Positions 1 to 14,800 of a DNA stretch of 64,000 bases are shown in pieces. Source of the DNA: the human T2T-CHM13v2.0 reference genome, Homo sapiens; the NCBI RefSeq assembly GCF_009914755.1, contig NC_060928.1, one strand, 5' to 3'. The translations under genes and the position numbers were made by a program. Below the pieces are notes generated by a model. It searched no databases. It was given only the letters and a program-made list of their open reading frames with translations, and was not told the DNA's origin. Each line of letters opens with the position of its first letter. The stretch's first letter is position 1.

Positions 1-2836
1 GAAATATGAATGAACATATAAAATATGGCCTCCAAATATATCTTCTTAAACCATACCTAATCTCCAACTAAAGACAGTAACAAAGTCAGACTTCCATCTA
101 ACATGATATAACTATAGTCACTCCTTCATGTACATGGGACATTAGTTCCAGGAACCCCTGCAGATATCAAAACCCACCCATAATCAAGTCCCATAGTTGG
201 CCCTGCAGAACTCAGGGATAGGAAAAGTTTTGCATACCATAAATAACTGCATTTTTAATCTGCATTTGGTTACAGATGAGAAACTTATAATGAAGGGCGC
301 ACTGTATTTATTGAAAAAAGTCTGCATATAGTAAGTGAACCCACACAGTTCAAACCCTTGTTGTTCAATGGACAACTGTACACACAATGGCAAATATTCT
401 AACCCTTTTCCCAGAAGAGGATACAAGGTCCTTGGGTGATGTTCACTCTTATTTAATATTCTGTAAATCAAATACTGCTATATAAATTTATTATTAACCT
501 TATGTTAGATGGTAAGGGTATAAGAGAAGGAAGAGAGCAAAAATTTAGTGTGTGTGTGTCTCACACACAAACTCCTAACAAACAAGAAATACCTGTAACT
601 ATTACAGATCTTCAGTGCTCATATCTGCAGCTGGTAACATGGTCATAATACCTTCTCCCATCACTTGTCTGTATTCCTTTTGCCCTGAGCAAGTACTTAA
701 GCTAGTTGTGGTACTTGTCCAAGTGGAGCGACCCAAATCTTAATTCTTAAACGATCTGGAGTAACAGCAGTCCTTTCTGAAATCAGTTTTTATATTTTCC
801 ATTGACTTTTATCACAGTACATGGTAGGACTACTAAGAGATACTGTATGGGATCTGCTATATTCCAAACATACTTTTTCTTACCTTCACTGTGTAGTCGA
901 AATCAAATTTTATATTGTTAATCAGAATCAATTACCTTGGCCTGTACACTAACCGCATTTTCTTTTTTCTCTCAATTCAGATGCATGGGAAGCTCAAAGT
1001 GGCCAGATGAGAGTTTCAACTTCCAGTTCAATGGACTCATTGTGGTGATTCATGGTGATACCTAATTCTTGATGGAAGTTTTCTTTTCTTTTGAAGTAAG
1101 ACCTCTAGGCCAACAGAGTCTAAGGTCAAAAGGACAGGAAGCAAAAAATGTTTATATTACATTACTAGGGAAAACAGTGAGGGGAGCCACTCCTATCTCC
1201 CCACTTTGATTCCTGAACTAATTATTTTGTAGAAGAAATAGTACCATATAGTGGATGATGATATAGAGTAACCTGCAGGACAGTGTTTCAGTTGTGCAAG
1301 GTATTGTTACCACCAAGTGCTATAAGTGAGACTTCAAAATGCCAGTTCACCCTTAATACAGATAGATACATCAGGAGGAGAGAACATGGTCAGACCAGTG
1401 AATTCCATGTTAATGGGCCCAAAGCCACATATCATATGATGTGAACCAAATTACTTGATTAGAAACAATAATATGTAGAATACTATGATGGTAGATAAAG
1501 CATTCACTAAGCCCATGGATGATACTTTTGGCATAAGTCCATATTTGAAGTATCTATTCCAGTAAACAAAGTGTTGCTTTTTCCCTGAGAGAAAGAGCTC
1601 TATCTAATCAACTTGCAACTAGGTCGCTGGCTGATCACCTCAGGAAATGGAGCCATATCAGGCATCCATTGTCGTTCTCCACTGCTGGCAGATTGGGCAA
1701 TCAGCAGAGCTATAGACAGTTCAGGTTTGGTAACTTGAGGTCCAGGTTGTTGAACCTATGCAAAACCTCCATTCATGCCATCATGATTACCTTTTTCATA
1801 AACCCAAAGAACAATGACAGGAGTGGATGGGGAAAGAGGTTGACTGATATCCATAGACTGAGTCATACTATCCTAGATTATTAAAAATCATCTGCTAAAG
1901 TCATCATTTGGGATACAAATATAATTTGCCCATTTAGAAAAGTCTTTCCACATACCTCTTCCCTAGACTTGCTTATCATCAATTTCACAGTTGTGTTCAT
2001 TCTACTTCTTTGAGCATCCACCAAACCATTGGCCACTATCTGTGAATAAATACAGACTCTTACATCTGGCGATTTCAGCTCTGAGGTAACAGGAACAATC
2101 AGGTGTACTGCTCAAAGTTCCGTTCATTGGCAGGATTCCCTTCACCACTATTCTTCAGGAATGTCCCAGAAAACAGCTATCATGCTGTCACTGTTCACTT
2201 TTTGGTGGAGAGGCATATTGTGCAGTGTCATCTTTAAATGAGGTCTGTGTTTTCTCATTCTTAGTCAGTTGGTTGTAGGGAACTTCTCATGAAGCCATAG
2301 ATGTAGGCCTGGTAGTATAGAAGGAGTAGGGGCTATGTGTATTTGAGCACTTTCTTACGCAATGTACTTTGTCTTCAGAGTCTGCTGACGCCCAGTGTCA
2401 TGTAGGCCTCTTCTGCATATAGCCCAATGTCATATAGGTGCATGCCCAAACTTGCGGTCAGACAACACCCAGTTTATGATGTTTTGATGGGCAGCTCAGT
2501 TCCAATGGTAACTTGATTGCCTATGGTTACGTGCTTAGTCTTTATAAGGGCCTCATAGCAAGCCAAACACTGGTTTTCTAAAAATGTGTGCAGTCATATG
2601 CAGACTATGGCATAGCTTTGATCCAAAATTCTAAGGATCTGTGTTATCTTACCTATACAAGCTAACCGAAGGCACTAAATGACATTTCTGTCGGCCACTA
2701 ACACTTTAAGCACTAACAAATCTGCTAGATCATATGGCCCTAGTAGCAAAGTAGTTTGCAGAGCAGCCTGTACCTATTGTAGAGCCTTTTCTTTTGCTGG
2801 ACTTTATTTAAAACTAGCAGATCTTTCAGTCATTGA
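1..2836 (-). mobile_element. ERVL (HERV-L/ERVL-E-like) internal region: decayed pol 3' part (RNase H/connection, integrase) and dUTPase-like region
   Basis: Minus strand of ~2480-2800 follows the ERVL pol pattern (EKALQ.VQAA...LGPYD.AD..VL.VSVADR...FWSKA). Integrase Zn-finger CPIC lies at ~1685-1702. A dUTPase-like stretch (PLNWKL...GHF...VID.D) lies at ~835-1145. Many stops and frameshifts. Confidence 0.85.
115..378 (+). mobile_element. MER2B/MER8-like TcMar-Tigger MITE inserted in the ERVL
   Basis: Starts tagtcactccttcatgtacatgggacattagttccagga and ends ...cagttcaaacccttgttgttcaatggacaactg. TA dinucleotides flank it at 113-114 and 379-380. Confidence 0.8.
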
Positions 2837-3005
2837 TGTATTAGTCTTCTCTGTCTGCTTTAATGAAATACCACAGGCTGGGTGGCATAAACAATACAAA
2901 TTTATCTGTCATGCTTATGGAGTCTGGGAACTCCCAGATCAAGGTGCCAGCTGATTTGATTCATAGCTTGTAGAGGTCCACTCCACTTTCTTGCGTGTCT
3001 TCACT
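2837..3005 (-). mobile_element. MaLR (MLT1-type) LTR fragment
   Basis: Begins tgtattagt (reverse complement of the LTR end actaataca), then aaataccacaggctgggtggcataaacaa...agatcaaggtgccagc. Truncated on its right side. Confidence 0.75.
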
Positions 3006-3009
3006 TAGC

Positions 3010-4062
3010 CCATGCCACTTTTATTGTCCCCACAGCATTTAGCTTCTCATTTCAGTGGTAGCAGTTTCTACTGTAATTTCTGGCCAATCGAGAGAATAAC
3101 TACACCATTCTTCAAGTATGATGAAACTCACTTCACACATTTATTTCTAACAATCATGGTAAAAGATGTGTTTTCTAGACCTTCTCAAAGTGGATATTCA
3201 AGTCTTATGTAATAATGCAATATATTTCAATACCCATAAGCCTTTGTATAACCACCCCTACAACAAATAAAGGCAATTTTGGCACTTCAGCTTCTTTTGC
3301 TGAAGGCTACATTTGAGTTCATGTTTCAGCAAACCAAGAAAACAAACTGCCAGAGCCATTTTTAGCACCTTAAGTTGCAACACTGAATGCAGAATATCTG
3401 CTTATGGGGCTCATACCAGAAAATTCATCCTGATTCAACTTTATATCATATTAAAAATGATTCCATGATTCCATCCCCATACAGTTTATACCCACATGTA
3501 TTATCAGATTTCTGTATAAATTGAAAAAGTCATGCAGTTCATTTGGTCTGTAGCATACCTTATCAAAAACTGTACTTTGTGACTCAAACCTGTGGGGCAT
3601 GCGGGGACATGAGTCTAGTATACAGTTCCAAAATCAAAGACTAGTGGTAGGGACAGGTCCCATTCCCTCTCAATCATGCCCTCACATAAGTAGAAATTTG
3701 TGTTTGTAATTTAATACTTAAAAAATGAGATTTGGATTTGCTTTTCAGAGACCTTGACCTGCAGCTAGAGGAGAAAAAAGGTTTATTTCAGGACCAGGTA
3801 TCAATGATTTCAGATAATTTATGTGGACCCTGACTGTAAAATTTGAAACCCTAAGCCCATTCTTTTTCCATACATTCTCAGTGTAGTAACAGCCAGCTAA
3901 CACTCATTTTGATAAAATACTCTAGAGGAAAAAATACGTGGTAACCCTCACCCTTGCTGTCTATAGGTATTTCGTTAGAATTATCTAATACCAGTATTTT
4001 GTGCATTTCTATTGTCATAAGTTTCCATGGACTACAAGTTTCCTCTTTACCACTGGAAATAG
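3010..4062 (-). mobile_element. ERVL internal region, decayed gag
   Basis: Minus strand starts ctatttccagtggtaaagaggaaacttgtagtccatgg, matching the ERVL leader/gag start. Collinear with the pol remnant and the LTR. Confidence 0.65.
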
Positions 4063-4591
<529 letters not shown>

Positions 4592-6669
4592 AATACCAAC
4601 GAAAAAAATATTGACGGCATAATTGCAAGAGCCTCAGGGAAAAAATTCAAAATGTTTAAATAAGTGTATTTAAGTGTAAATATTAGTAAGTATATTTGTG
4701 TGTATTATATAAAATCAGTAGCATATTTTAGCAATTGAGAACCTCAAATATTTCAAATATTCGAATTCAATGCTTATATTCCATATTTTGAATTTTTGAC
4801 AAAGTACCGCTACTGAAAATAATGTGATTTTGTTTATATTTTATTTTATTGGGTTAAAAGTATAAGTAAAATATAGTGAGATTTACAGGACTAACCTCTT
4901 TACTTCTTTATCTCAAACTACCTTGTTTGCAGTTCCCTTTACAATCTGAATCCATAAACTACATTTTCTCACTGCTTACACGGCCTCCTTTGGTCCTATC
5001 AGTATGTTCATGGTTACATGTGACTATTATATTCATTTTTCGGTTGGCACTATTTTTTAATGTGGCTACGCTTTTCTGGTATAACTTTCATCTTGCTAAC
5101 TCTTCTCGTCATTCTACCCAGGCTTTATCCACACCAGTTGTATAGGGTTCTGTGTTCTCCAAAGAGCAAATCTTGATTTACAGATTAATGTTTTCGTGTA
5201 TTCTAAGACCTTACTTTAAATTATTCTTATCTACGAATTAATACATTTTTCTCTCCTAAGTCTTAGAATACAGGATATTATTTTCAAAATTATTTAATCT
5301 TACAGGCAAATTGTTGCACAATGCTGGAGAGTAGAGCAATATCAGGTACTAGTGAAAGCAAATTAAGTGGAATTCTATTGCTTTTATATGGTTTGTCTGT
5401 CATTCTTCTAATTCATGAAACTGGATAACTGACGTTTTTGTCTCTTTGCCAGAGAGTTTTGCTTATTTTAGTTGAAGCCTACAGTAACCACTTTCATAAG
5501 GCTTAAAACTAATTTATCTGCTTCATTTGGCTTATAGAGCGATTTTCAAATAGACTGGTTTATCTATACCCTAGGTTAAGAAATTTTAAACTATTAAAAT
5601 TCAATAATCTTAAAATGTGCTAATTTGTAATGAAATTACTTTTCTACTCTTTAAAATTACTTAAATTTTTTGTTACGGTCAAATTTGTTTTTGTGATTAC
5701 AAGTAATGGAATTTTTACATTAGAAATCATCTTCGTGTAAGTCAATGATTTAAAAAGTTATTTTAGGAATTATTTCTATTGTGTGTAACAAATTATTCCT
5801 CTTATGAAAGTTAATATTTCAAAATAGACTTATTTATGTCAATAATGAGCGTATGTTCTCCTCCTTCACTCTGTTCCTCCATAAATCAATCTATTTTGCA
5901 TTAAGAAAATAAATCCTACCTATTATGAATTTTTACTGATTTTTTTCTCCCAACATTTGTACGCTTCTCTCTACTTTTATAACACTCTTTGGATAACGAG
6001 AAAAATTAATTTGCAAACATTTAACAGCTGTTTTGGATATTTTCAAGCTTTTGTAGCTTTCAGTTACACTTTAATGTGTTTTTGGATTACATTGTCTTGT
6101 TCTTAACATATGTAATTAATATCTGTATTAAAAGCATACTTGTTCAAATTTGGTATAAATAGGACATATTACTATTCAATTACATAGAGACAACTGCAAC
6201 ATTGGCTTACTGTTTTTTCTTTCATCTGAGAAACTGGCATAAATCCAGAGAGTGCCAAGGATAATAATAGCAGTGACTTTAATTAAATTTAACATATTGA
6301 TACTGTGAAATTTAGTTATTAAATTTTGATTCATAGGCATTAAAGAAAAATATACAAAATTACACTAACATTTGATCTAGCTTTCTGTGATATTATTAAA
6401 AACAAGCGAAAAAATCAGAATGAAGCCTCCCCAAAGAATTGAATTTCAGTATGAAATATGTGAAATCTCTTTAACAAGTTTTTAAATCTTTTTAAGCAGT
6501 GTCCAGATGGTCAATAACTTACCTGCAGTTACTATTACAGAAAATTAAAATAAGAATAATCCTTTATTCATTTTATAATCATCTGATTAGTTTTACCAGT
6601 GTAACGTTATACACATTTGCAGATAGCATCTTTTGAATATTGTGAAGAGAGATGCTATCATCTTTTATG

Positions 6670-7527
6670 TATACACATTTGTTTAAATACTTGTGTTTTT
6701 TTTATTCTTTAGATATGTAACTAAGGCTGGAATTGTTAACACATAGGGTAGTTCTATGTTTAATTTCTTAAAAACTGAAATTTGTTTTTCCACAGTGACT
6801 ACATCATTTTACATTCCAACAGCAATGTTCAATGGTTCCAGTTTCTCCATATTCTCTCTAATACTTGTTATTTTCTTTTAAAAAATTATACCAATCCTAG
6901 TGAATATGAACTTGTATTTTGTGGTTACAATTTACATGTCACTATTGACTAATAATGTTTAACATCTTTTCATGTGATTTTTGTCCACTTGTGTATATTT
7001 AGAGAAATGTTAATTCAAGTCTTGTGCCAATTTGTGAATTTAGATGTTTATCATTTTGTTGTTGAGTTGTTACAGTATATTTATTCTGGATATTAGACCT
7101 TTTTTGTATACATCATTTGCATTTTTTTCATCCTGTGTTTTGTCATTTACTTTCTTGATAATGTCATTTGAGGGACAAAAATTTTTCATTGAGGAAGTTT
7201 ATTAATTTATTTTGTTTGTTGCTGTTATTGCTTGTACTTTCGGTGTCTAAGAATCCATTGCCAAATACAAAGTTATGCTAATTCATTCTACGCATTCCTC
7301 TGAGAGTTTTATAGTTTTAGTTCTTAGATTTGCTATTGATTCATTTTAATTTAATTATTTTATACACTGTGTTGTAACAGTTCAGCTTAATCTTTTGCAT
7401 TCAGTAAACACTTGTTTCATTACTATTTGTTGAAGAGACTGTGTTTTTCTCATTGAATAATCTTGGCACCCTTGTTGAACATCAGTTGGCCTTGGATATA
7501 TGAGTTTATTGCTGGACACTCAACTCT
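6670..7527 (-). mobile_element. Old L1 (L1M) ORF2 3' fragment
   Basis: Antisense L1 motifs ttttacattccaacagcaatg, ggttccagtttctcca, tttgttgaagagactg, tcttggcacccttgttga. Confidence 0.8.
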
Positions 7528-7529
7528 AA

Positions 7530-7950
7530 CCCACAAGGCTTGTCAGCACAAGTGACAAACAGAGGCAGAGGCTCTCTAAAAGAAAATACTTATTCAGGAA
7601 TAGGGGACTGCAATGGGAATGCATATGCCATAGTAAATTATGTATGAATTCACAGAGGTAAAGGAAGACAGATATTTTAAAGAAAGTGTGATAAGGATTA
7701 CATAATTGTTTTGAGAGTATTATCCTTAGCCACAAGGATAAATAACAGGTAAAATCACTCTGAGGTTATAGAGGCAATTGCTGGGCAGATGTTCCCACAG
7801 AATTAATTTTTGTGTAAAGTTGTGATGGCCTTTTTGCAAAGTTGCAGTTTTTGCAGAGCTATTTGTGTAATTTTTGTTATCAGCCATGAGAACCCTTTTC
7901 TTCATGGCCTTTCCTGGTTCTGTTTATCAGAGTTTTTTTTTCCAAAAGCA
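7530..7950 (-). mobile_element. ERV1 LTR (MER67/MER31-like, MER4 group)
   Basis: tgacaaacagaggcagaggctctctaaaagaaaatacttattc...gcaattgctgggcagatg...gagaacccttttcttcatggcc resembles MER67-type LTRs. Family assignment is from memory. Confidence 0.6.
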
Positions 7951-10900
7951 TAATCTATTTATCCTGTAGTTAGTCTTTGATTGGTCCTTGGTGCCGGGAA
8001 GACCAATCCCAGTTTACTACTCCAGGTCTAGTGCCACATTGGAGGGAGTGAACAGCAGGTAGGAGTAACTGTCAAAACTCTTTAAGCCACATTCAAGCTA
8101 CAAGAGAGTTATGAAAAAAGTGACTCTCGGCTAAGTCTAGCTGGAGTCCTTAATTAAATTCAATATTTTCCATTCTGTCATCTTTTGCCATCATGTAAAA
8201 GTGCTACATTCACATTATTTTGTGAAGAAGTGTACTTCTGAAAAAATTTAACAAGTAACAGATAACAAAGTTTGAAAAATATGCAAAGTAAAATAAATAG
8301 TAATATGACAATTCCAGTTGCTTAAAAGGCAATCAATTGAATAAATCATATGACCATAGGGAAGTAGATGAGAACTGCTGTAACCATGGGACTTGTTTCC
8401 TTATTTTGAATATATGGGTCTCATCTATCCCACAGCAATTTTTCCAAGTACATCATGTAGTATTAGCAATAGTACAGACATTTCCTTATTTAACCAATAG
8501 ATGCTAAACTATCTCTTAGGTTAAGTTCTGCCAAGTCACCAGCATGAGCTACTGACTGTGAAAGTTCAATTACACCATTATCCTGCCAAGTGAGAAAGGT
8601 AGACATAAAGACATGTAAAAATTTCATTATGATATTGAGACTTGTTCTGACATCTCGGGAGAAGCTGTTTACAGCACAAAAACATCAACTTCTTGTCCTG
8701 GTTTGCAGTTATGGCATTGGGTGGTTTTGTAAACTTTCTGTGTGGCCCATACATCAGACACAAAACTTGTTCCTTAAAATTTATTTAGTTTCAGCTTATA
8801 GGGCTTCAGAAACAGAACAGTTCCCACTTTTAATAATTCCAAAAAATACAAAATAAAGTTGTATTGGAGGAATGGGGAAGAATTCAAGATCTAGTGCAGT
8901 CTATAGGTAGATAATAAGAACATGAAAACAATACACTGAGCTACAATTTAATAATGGGTATATTATAACTTTCTCCATATATTGATTATATAAAAATAAC
9001 AGATTAAAATTTTCCTGAGGATGGAAAGCCAAATAAAACTTCTATCCTGAGGACAGAAGTTAGCTTTTACTTACAGTATTAAGTTTCCTGTGTCTGCCAG
9101 AAAGTGACTATTTTTGTCTACTCTCTGCAAGGCTAGGAACCCTTGAAGACAGGCATTCCATGCACATTCTGAAATACGACATTTCAGCCAGTCTTGGTTA
9201 TATAATCAGTGTTTTCAGATGTATTCTGTTATAAAGAGATAACAGATTTTTATTGGGCTTATGCAAAAACCATATTACCATAAGAATATTCACAACTTGT
9301 TTCCAAATTTTGCAAGAATTAGGTAAGTCTAATTAGATTAGATACGTGTAATCATTTAATATCTCTAAAATGAGAAATACATTTTTTGAGGGTCTCCAGG
9401 GGATCAACTGGAAAATTACAAAGTTGACTCTAGGTCAAAGAAATTAATTTAGAATTTTGATCCTGGGGAATATTGCCAAAGATGTCAGAAGGTTTAAAAC
9501 ACTTGAACAAAACAGAATCACAGGTGATTGTAAAATAATAGTCATGTATTTAACTAGAGTGATAATCAAAAGACCTCAAAAGCAATACAGAAAGTTACAT
9601 GAATATAAAATTCTTAACCCTTACAAAGTTTATTTTTTATAAGTAATCAAAAAACTAATATAGACAACAGAGGAAATTATCTTGATAAAATGCAAATTAC
9701 TTGTTTTATAATTATTATTATTTTGGCCGGTTGCCAAAAAGCTAAAGAGAACTTCCTACAGTATAATTTCTTCTCCTTATGGGAAGTCATTTAGAAAACC
9801 TGGAAGTTAAGCCTAATTTGCATGTGGCAGTTTTAAGTTATTAGTTTTTAAAATCAGTACTTTTTAATGGAAACAACTTGACCAAAAATTTGTCACAGAA
9901 TTTTGAGACCCATTAAAAAAGTTAAATGAGAGAAAAAAAAAATACTTGAATTCAGACACAGAAGAATGCCTGTCTGTATTATACCCAAATTACATAGGAA
10001 TGTTAACAAGAAAACTAGTATATTGAGCAGAGGAATACATGACTGTTAGAAAAAGTAAAATCAGGAGAAAGTTTCTGGTTGCATGAAGCAATTCAGACAT
10101 GCCAAGAAAAGCCAAGAAGAGTAGAGAATAAAATAATTCTGGGGAGAAACATTGATTTTTTTAGGCCTTCAAAATAAACACTTCAGTGTCAGGTCATAAC
10201 AGTAGAGTGACACCTGGAGGGAAAAATAGTTACAGGAGCTGATATAAAAAGTTGGAGACAATTATGATCTCAGGTTTTCTTCAAGGAGAGAAAGAGCTAA
10301 AGGCAATGATGCATGATCTGCAAATCAAGTGCTGCAAGATACAGCAAAAGTTGAACTTCAGAGATACAAATTTTAGAAGCGTTAAGAGAAAAACTCTACC
10401 TCAAGGGATAAAACTAACACTCTAAATGAAGATGAGAATGTTGCCACCCGGAAACTTGAGAAATTAAATCGATCTCAGGAAGAAACGTGGCATAAACGGA
10501 AACTGTCTGCAATTTAGAAGATGGCTGTTAAAGAAACATATTTTAGAATTAATAATCAAACCCTCCTACAATTTTACTAGGAGCAAATCAGTGCTTCAAG
10601 AAAATCTTCTTCTGACTGAGGTGACTAAACATTTAGTTTTGCATCAGTGTATTTTTAACATCAAAGCTCAATGTTTAGAGGAACATAAATAGTTGTTTTT
10701 CGAATTATAGCCAAATTGATCACATATAAAATTTCTTTCTTAAATGTATTATTTACAAAACCTTTCATGACCTACTCTGACCTTTGATAATATGCTTAAA
10801 CTTCATGCTTTGTTCTATACTTATTTCTTAAACAACCACCCATTTTATTGTAGAAAAATTATGATTTTTCTAATATAAAATAATTTTTAAGCTTTTTAAC

Positions 10901-11585
10901 CAAAAATAAATCTTTATAAATATAACTTACTTTATATACATCTCTCCTACTTACTGTTTTCTTTCTATCTTCCTTTTATTTTCTTCCTCAATTTATATTT
11001 TGAAACAACTTTTAAATAAACTCTGAATTAAAATTTTTTTTCTTAATAAGGACACATTTTTATGCCTTTTAATAGTCTTTCTTATTAAAATACATCTTTT
11101 TTTGGTATAATTTCTATTAAAAATTATGTATATTGGAATAAAATAATTAGAATTTTAACTCTAAATAACATTAATTTCTATCAACCAATTTTGAGTGGTC
11201 CATCACATATTAGCATTGTATAGATGAGAATCTTTTTATAATTTTTTAAAACACAGCTACCCATAACATAATTTTTATGAGTATTAAGAGATCTAAATGC
11301 AGTTAGTCTTTCCATAAAATTTTAGAAACCAAGAACAAACATATTATATTCAGTGATTTGTTCATGTTTTTATCTCATTTGGATATGATCCAGACATTTA
11401 ATGAATGTAAATAAAATGAATTGCTTAATTCAATATAACATAACTTTAAAACCTCAAATAACATGTAATGTTCATTTATAAATATTTATGCTTTTTACGT
11501 TGACTTTTGTTATGTTTAGCAATTGTACCTACAGTATTTATGAAAACTGAGATATTAGACAAAGCTAGTCATCATTTCAAGCTTA
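7951..11585 (-). mobile_element. MER4-group non-autonomous ERV1 internal sequence
   Basis: MER4I-group blocks gccaaagatgtcagaaggtttaaaacacttga, aaacagaatcacaggt, aaaagcaatacagaaagttacatg, atattagacaaagctagtcatcattt. No second LTR seen. Confidence 0.7.
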
Positions 11586-11589
11586 TTGA

Positions 11590-11800
11590 TTACATAGTCA
11601 GTATCTCTCTTGTTATAGGTCTGTTTAGATATTCTCTTTTACCTTATGACAACTTTGGTAGCTTGTGTGTTTCTAATATTTCACCTAGGGCGTCTATCTG
11701 CTGACATCAAATTTTTAATATTATTCTATTATTTTACATTTTGTTTTTTCTAATATTGTTACTAACGCCCTTACTTTCATTTCAGTAATTCATTCTTGAC
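11590..11800 (-). mobile_element. Old L1 ORF2 fragment (possible continuation of 6670-7527)
   Basis: ctcttgttataggtctgtttagat...tttggtagcttgtgtgtttcta is antisense L1 ORF2. Confidence 0.55.
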
Positions 11801-14800
11801 ACCTGCTTTTTCTTATACTTTACATGGAATCAGTTATCAAGGTCCTCAGTTGTATATAATGCCAACAAGAAGGAAGCATTATTTTGTCCCTTATCTTGCT
11901 TCCTGTAACACTAGCTATGTTATTTCCTATTCATCTGTCCTTGCCATGATGCCTTGTTCTAAAATCAGGCATTCAGAAAATAATGTAGGAAACACAGGAC
12001 TTCTAGAAAAAATGAAAGAAAAACTAAAAAAGTTTAAATATCTTTACATAGTATAGAAGTACTTTATCATTTTACCTGACTATAATTTAAGATTTAAAGG
12101 TAGGGACATTTCAGGATGGTCTGTGTGCTAAATAAGGGAATATATATTATGTTAAGGATTTGCTATATTTTTAATAATAGAACTTATGCTCTAGTCTTTA
12201 AAAATAACCAAAGAATAGCAATTAGTGGAAAATTAAAAGCTTATTTTACATAATGGAATAGTTTTATGTCATTTAGTAGGTTTTTAATTGTTGCTTCACG
12301 TTTTCTGGGCATTACTAATTAAATGTTGGTTAAAAATAGTATTTTTATATAAACACTTGAAATTTACATATTTAAATATATTTATATATTAAAATATATT
12401 GACATTTACATATATCTATTAACATTTATATTTTATATATGTGATTATATATGCATATATGTACATCATTTGAAAATAATAATGTTAAAGAAAATATTTG
12501 ATTAAAATACTTATTGTTTGATATTTTCATAGCTGTTATTATAATTTTACAGTTATTTTTAGATACCTACTCCATGTGAGATATAATGACTAGTATCACA
12601 GAAAACACATAAATACATGAGTAAGACATAATCAATGCTTTTAAGATCCTCTTCTAGTTATCTATTTGTGTTACAACCTATACAAATACTTCGTAACTGT
12701 AAACAACTACTGTTTATAGTTAGTTAAGATATCAGATATCAACACCCTAAAAAATAGTTGTTTATAGTTTCCAAGGAGATGAAGTAGTCACTAAGGAGAT
12801 GAATAGTTGTTTATAGGTTGCTAGGAGATGAAGTATTTTCCAAATCGAATTGGCCAAATGTTCATCACAAATTCAGCCCTTGCTGCAAGATACAGTTTAA
12901 ATGGTAGGTGGTATTCTGCTCTTAAAGTTATTCTAACAAAAGTCTTTTATAAAAATAAATTGGAAAATAGATATTGGTTAGGCAATTACTAATCTCTTTA
13001 CTTTGGATTCTGACTTTGTCACTCAAAGTATTTGCTATTCCTCCCACTCACAAATTTAGGAAGCCACTTTCTGTTTTCAGTATCAGTCATTTGCAAAAAT
13101 GTTTACCAGGAGAAGTCTAAGGAAAACCCTCTATAAAGTAAAACTAGAAACATACATTCTTGTTTGCACCTATCCACTAAGTAGCACAAATTACATATAG
13201 TCATTTAATTAACGATTGTACAATTTACACAGTATCCCAACAATGTTTGCAGCATCACCCCAAGACCAGTGTGAGGAGGGACATAATATATGGTATACTG
13301 ATACCAGGAGGCTGTAAACACCAAATAAGATACAGAACTCAACACTGGAAAATTAAAACTGCCAGTGAGATGGGCCCACAGAAACGTATGCAGACAATCA
13401 TGAGGTCCTGTGCTAAGAATGCTTTAAATCATGTCACTCTTTATGTGATACTAAATATATAGTCAGTAAAGTGATTTTGCACTGGCTGAACACCTGCTCT
13501 TGGCAAAACATCATTTTCAAACTAAGTGCTTTGGCAGGTAAGCATGTGAAAAAGAATTTACCATCATACCACATATTAAAGACACTGTTAATTAGTTATT
13601 TTAAAAGACCATCCTAGTTTGACCTCATTTTCTTTAAAGTTATCCTGCTGTGAGATTAATTCCCCAAGTCCTGTTTAACAAATTTTACTTACCTATTTTA
13701 CCAATGTACTCCATTATTAGCAAAGACACTTCTGATTAGGGTGACTGTAGTATCTGATTGTGCAGACTTTGATAAATAAATGCATGAAATATACCCTATA
13801 CATAATGATATTTTACACCTCACTTTGGATGACATAAAATGTGCACAGATATTTATTTTCAGAGCATAATTACTGAGAGAAAAAATATTTTATGTAATTA
13901 TGTTGCTAAACAATGCATGCCTTCATTTAATAGATAACTTCCTTAAAAAAAAAACACTGTGGGAGCCTGCCTTTTTGATGTAACAGATGTTGTGTTTACA
14001 CAAAACAGAAATGAAATCAGGATTCTATACTTGGAGTACCCATCTATTTTTAAGAATAAGGATTTCCAGTAGCAGATGGCATCCACACTGTCTTCTGACA
14101 TAGAAAAAAAAAAAGTTTTCCTTAACACTGTAAATTAACAGATTGGTTACAACTATACATATATGGATTAATACATTTAAAATATGTTTTTATACGAAAG
14201 TAGAAAAATTTCCACACAGCACTATAAGAGAATTATCAGGCATATTTTTCTAAGCCTTAAATTGAAAAGTAACTATAAATTCATGTTTCATTAAACATGG
14301 ATTCATATACTTGGGTTTAGTTGAAATTAATTAACTGTAACTCTGACCTTTTCTAGAGAGAAATTTGTCACTCAGCATTATGCCAATTTTGAAACTGATC
14401 CTGTTAAGAACAAGTGTGGTATGACATTGTGTATTTTTTCATCACAATATAGAAGGACTGTAGAAAGAATGTATTTTGACCCAGACTTACACGTATTTTG
14501 GCCACAGAATTACATTGACTTTGTACTCAAACATTTTTGCAGCAATTTTGAATATGTGCAGAACTCTGCCTAAAATCAAAGTTCTTTTTTTATTATATTA
14601 CACACTTCATTTTCCCATTAGAAAATAATTTACATTTAATGACAAGACAAAACACAGAATTGAATTTTTATTATATTGTCACCAATGAAGGAATTTAGCC
14701 TGTTATTTTTCAATAGCCCATTGCTTTTCCTTAAATTATCAAAGCCACATTATAAAAACATGAATCTCAATGGGAAAATTACGTTATTAGCAAAATAGTT

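Noticed and set aside
6622-6659. 10-bp inverted repeat gatagcatct...agatgctatc
   Set aside because: A stem this short is expected by chance in 64 kb of AT-rich DNA.
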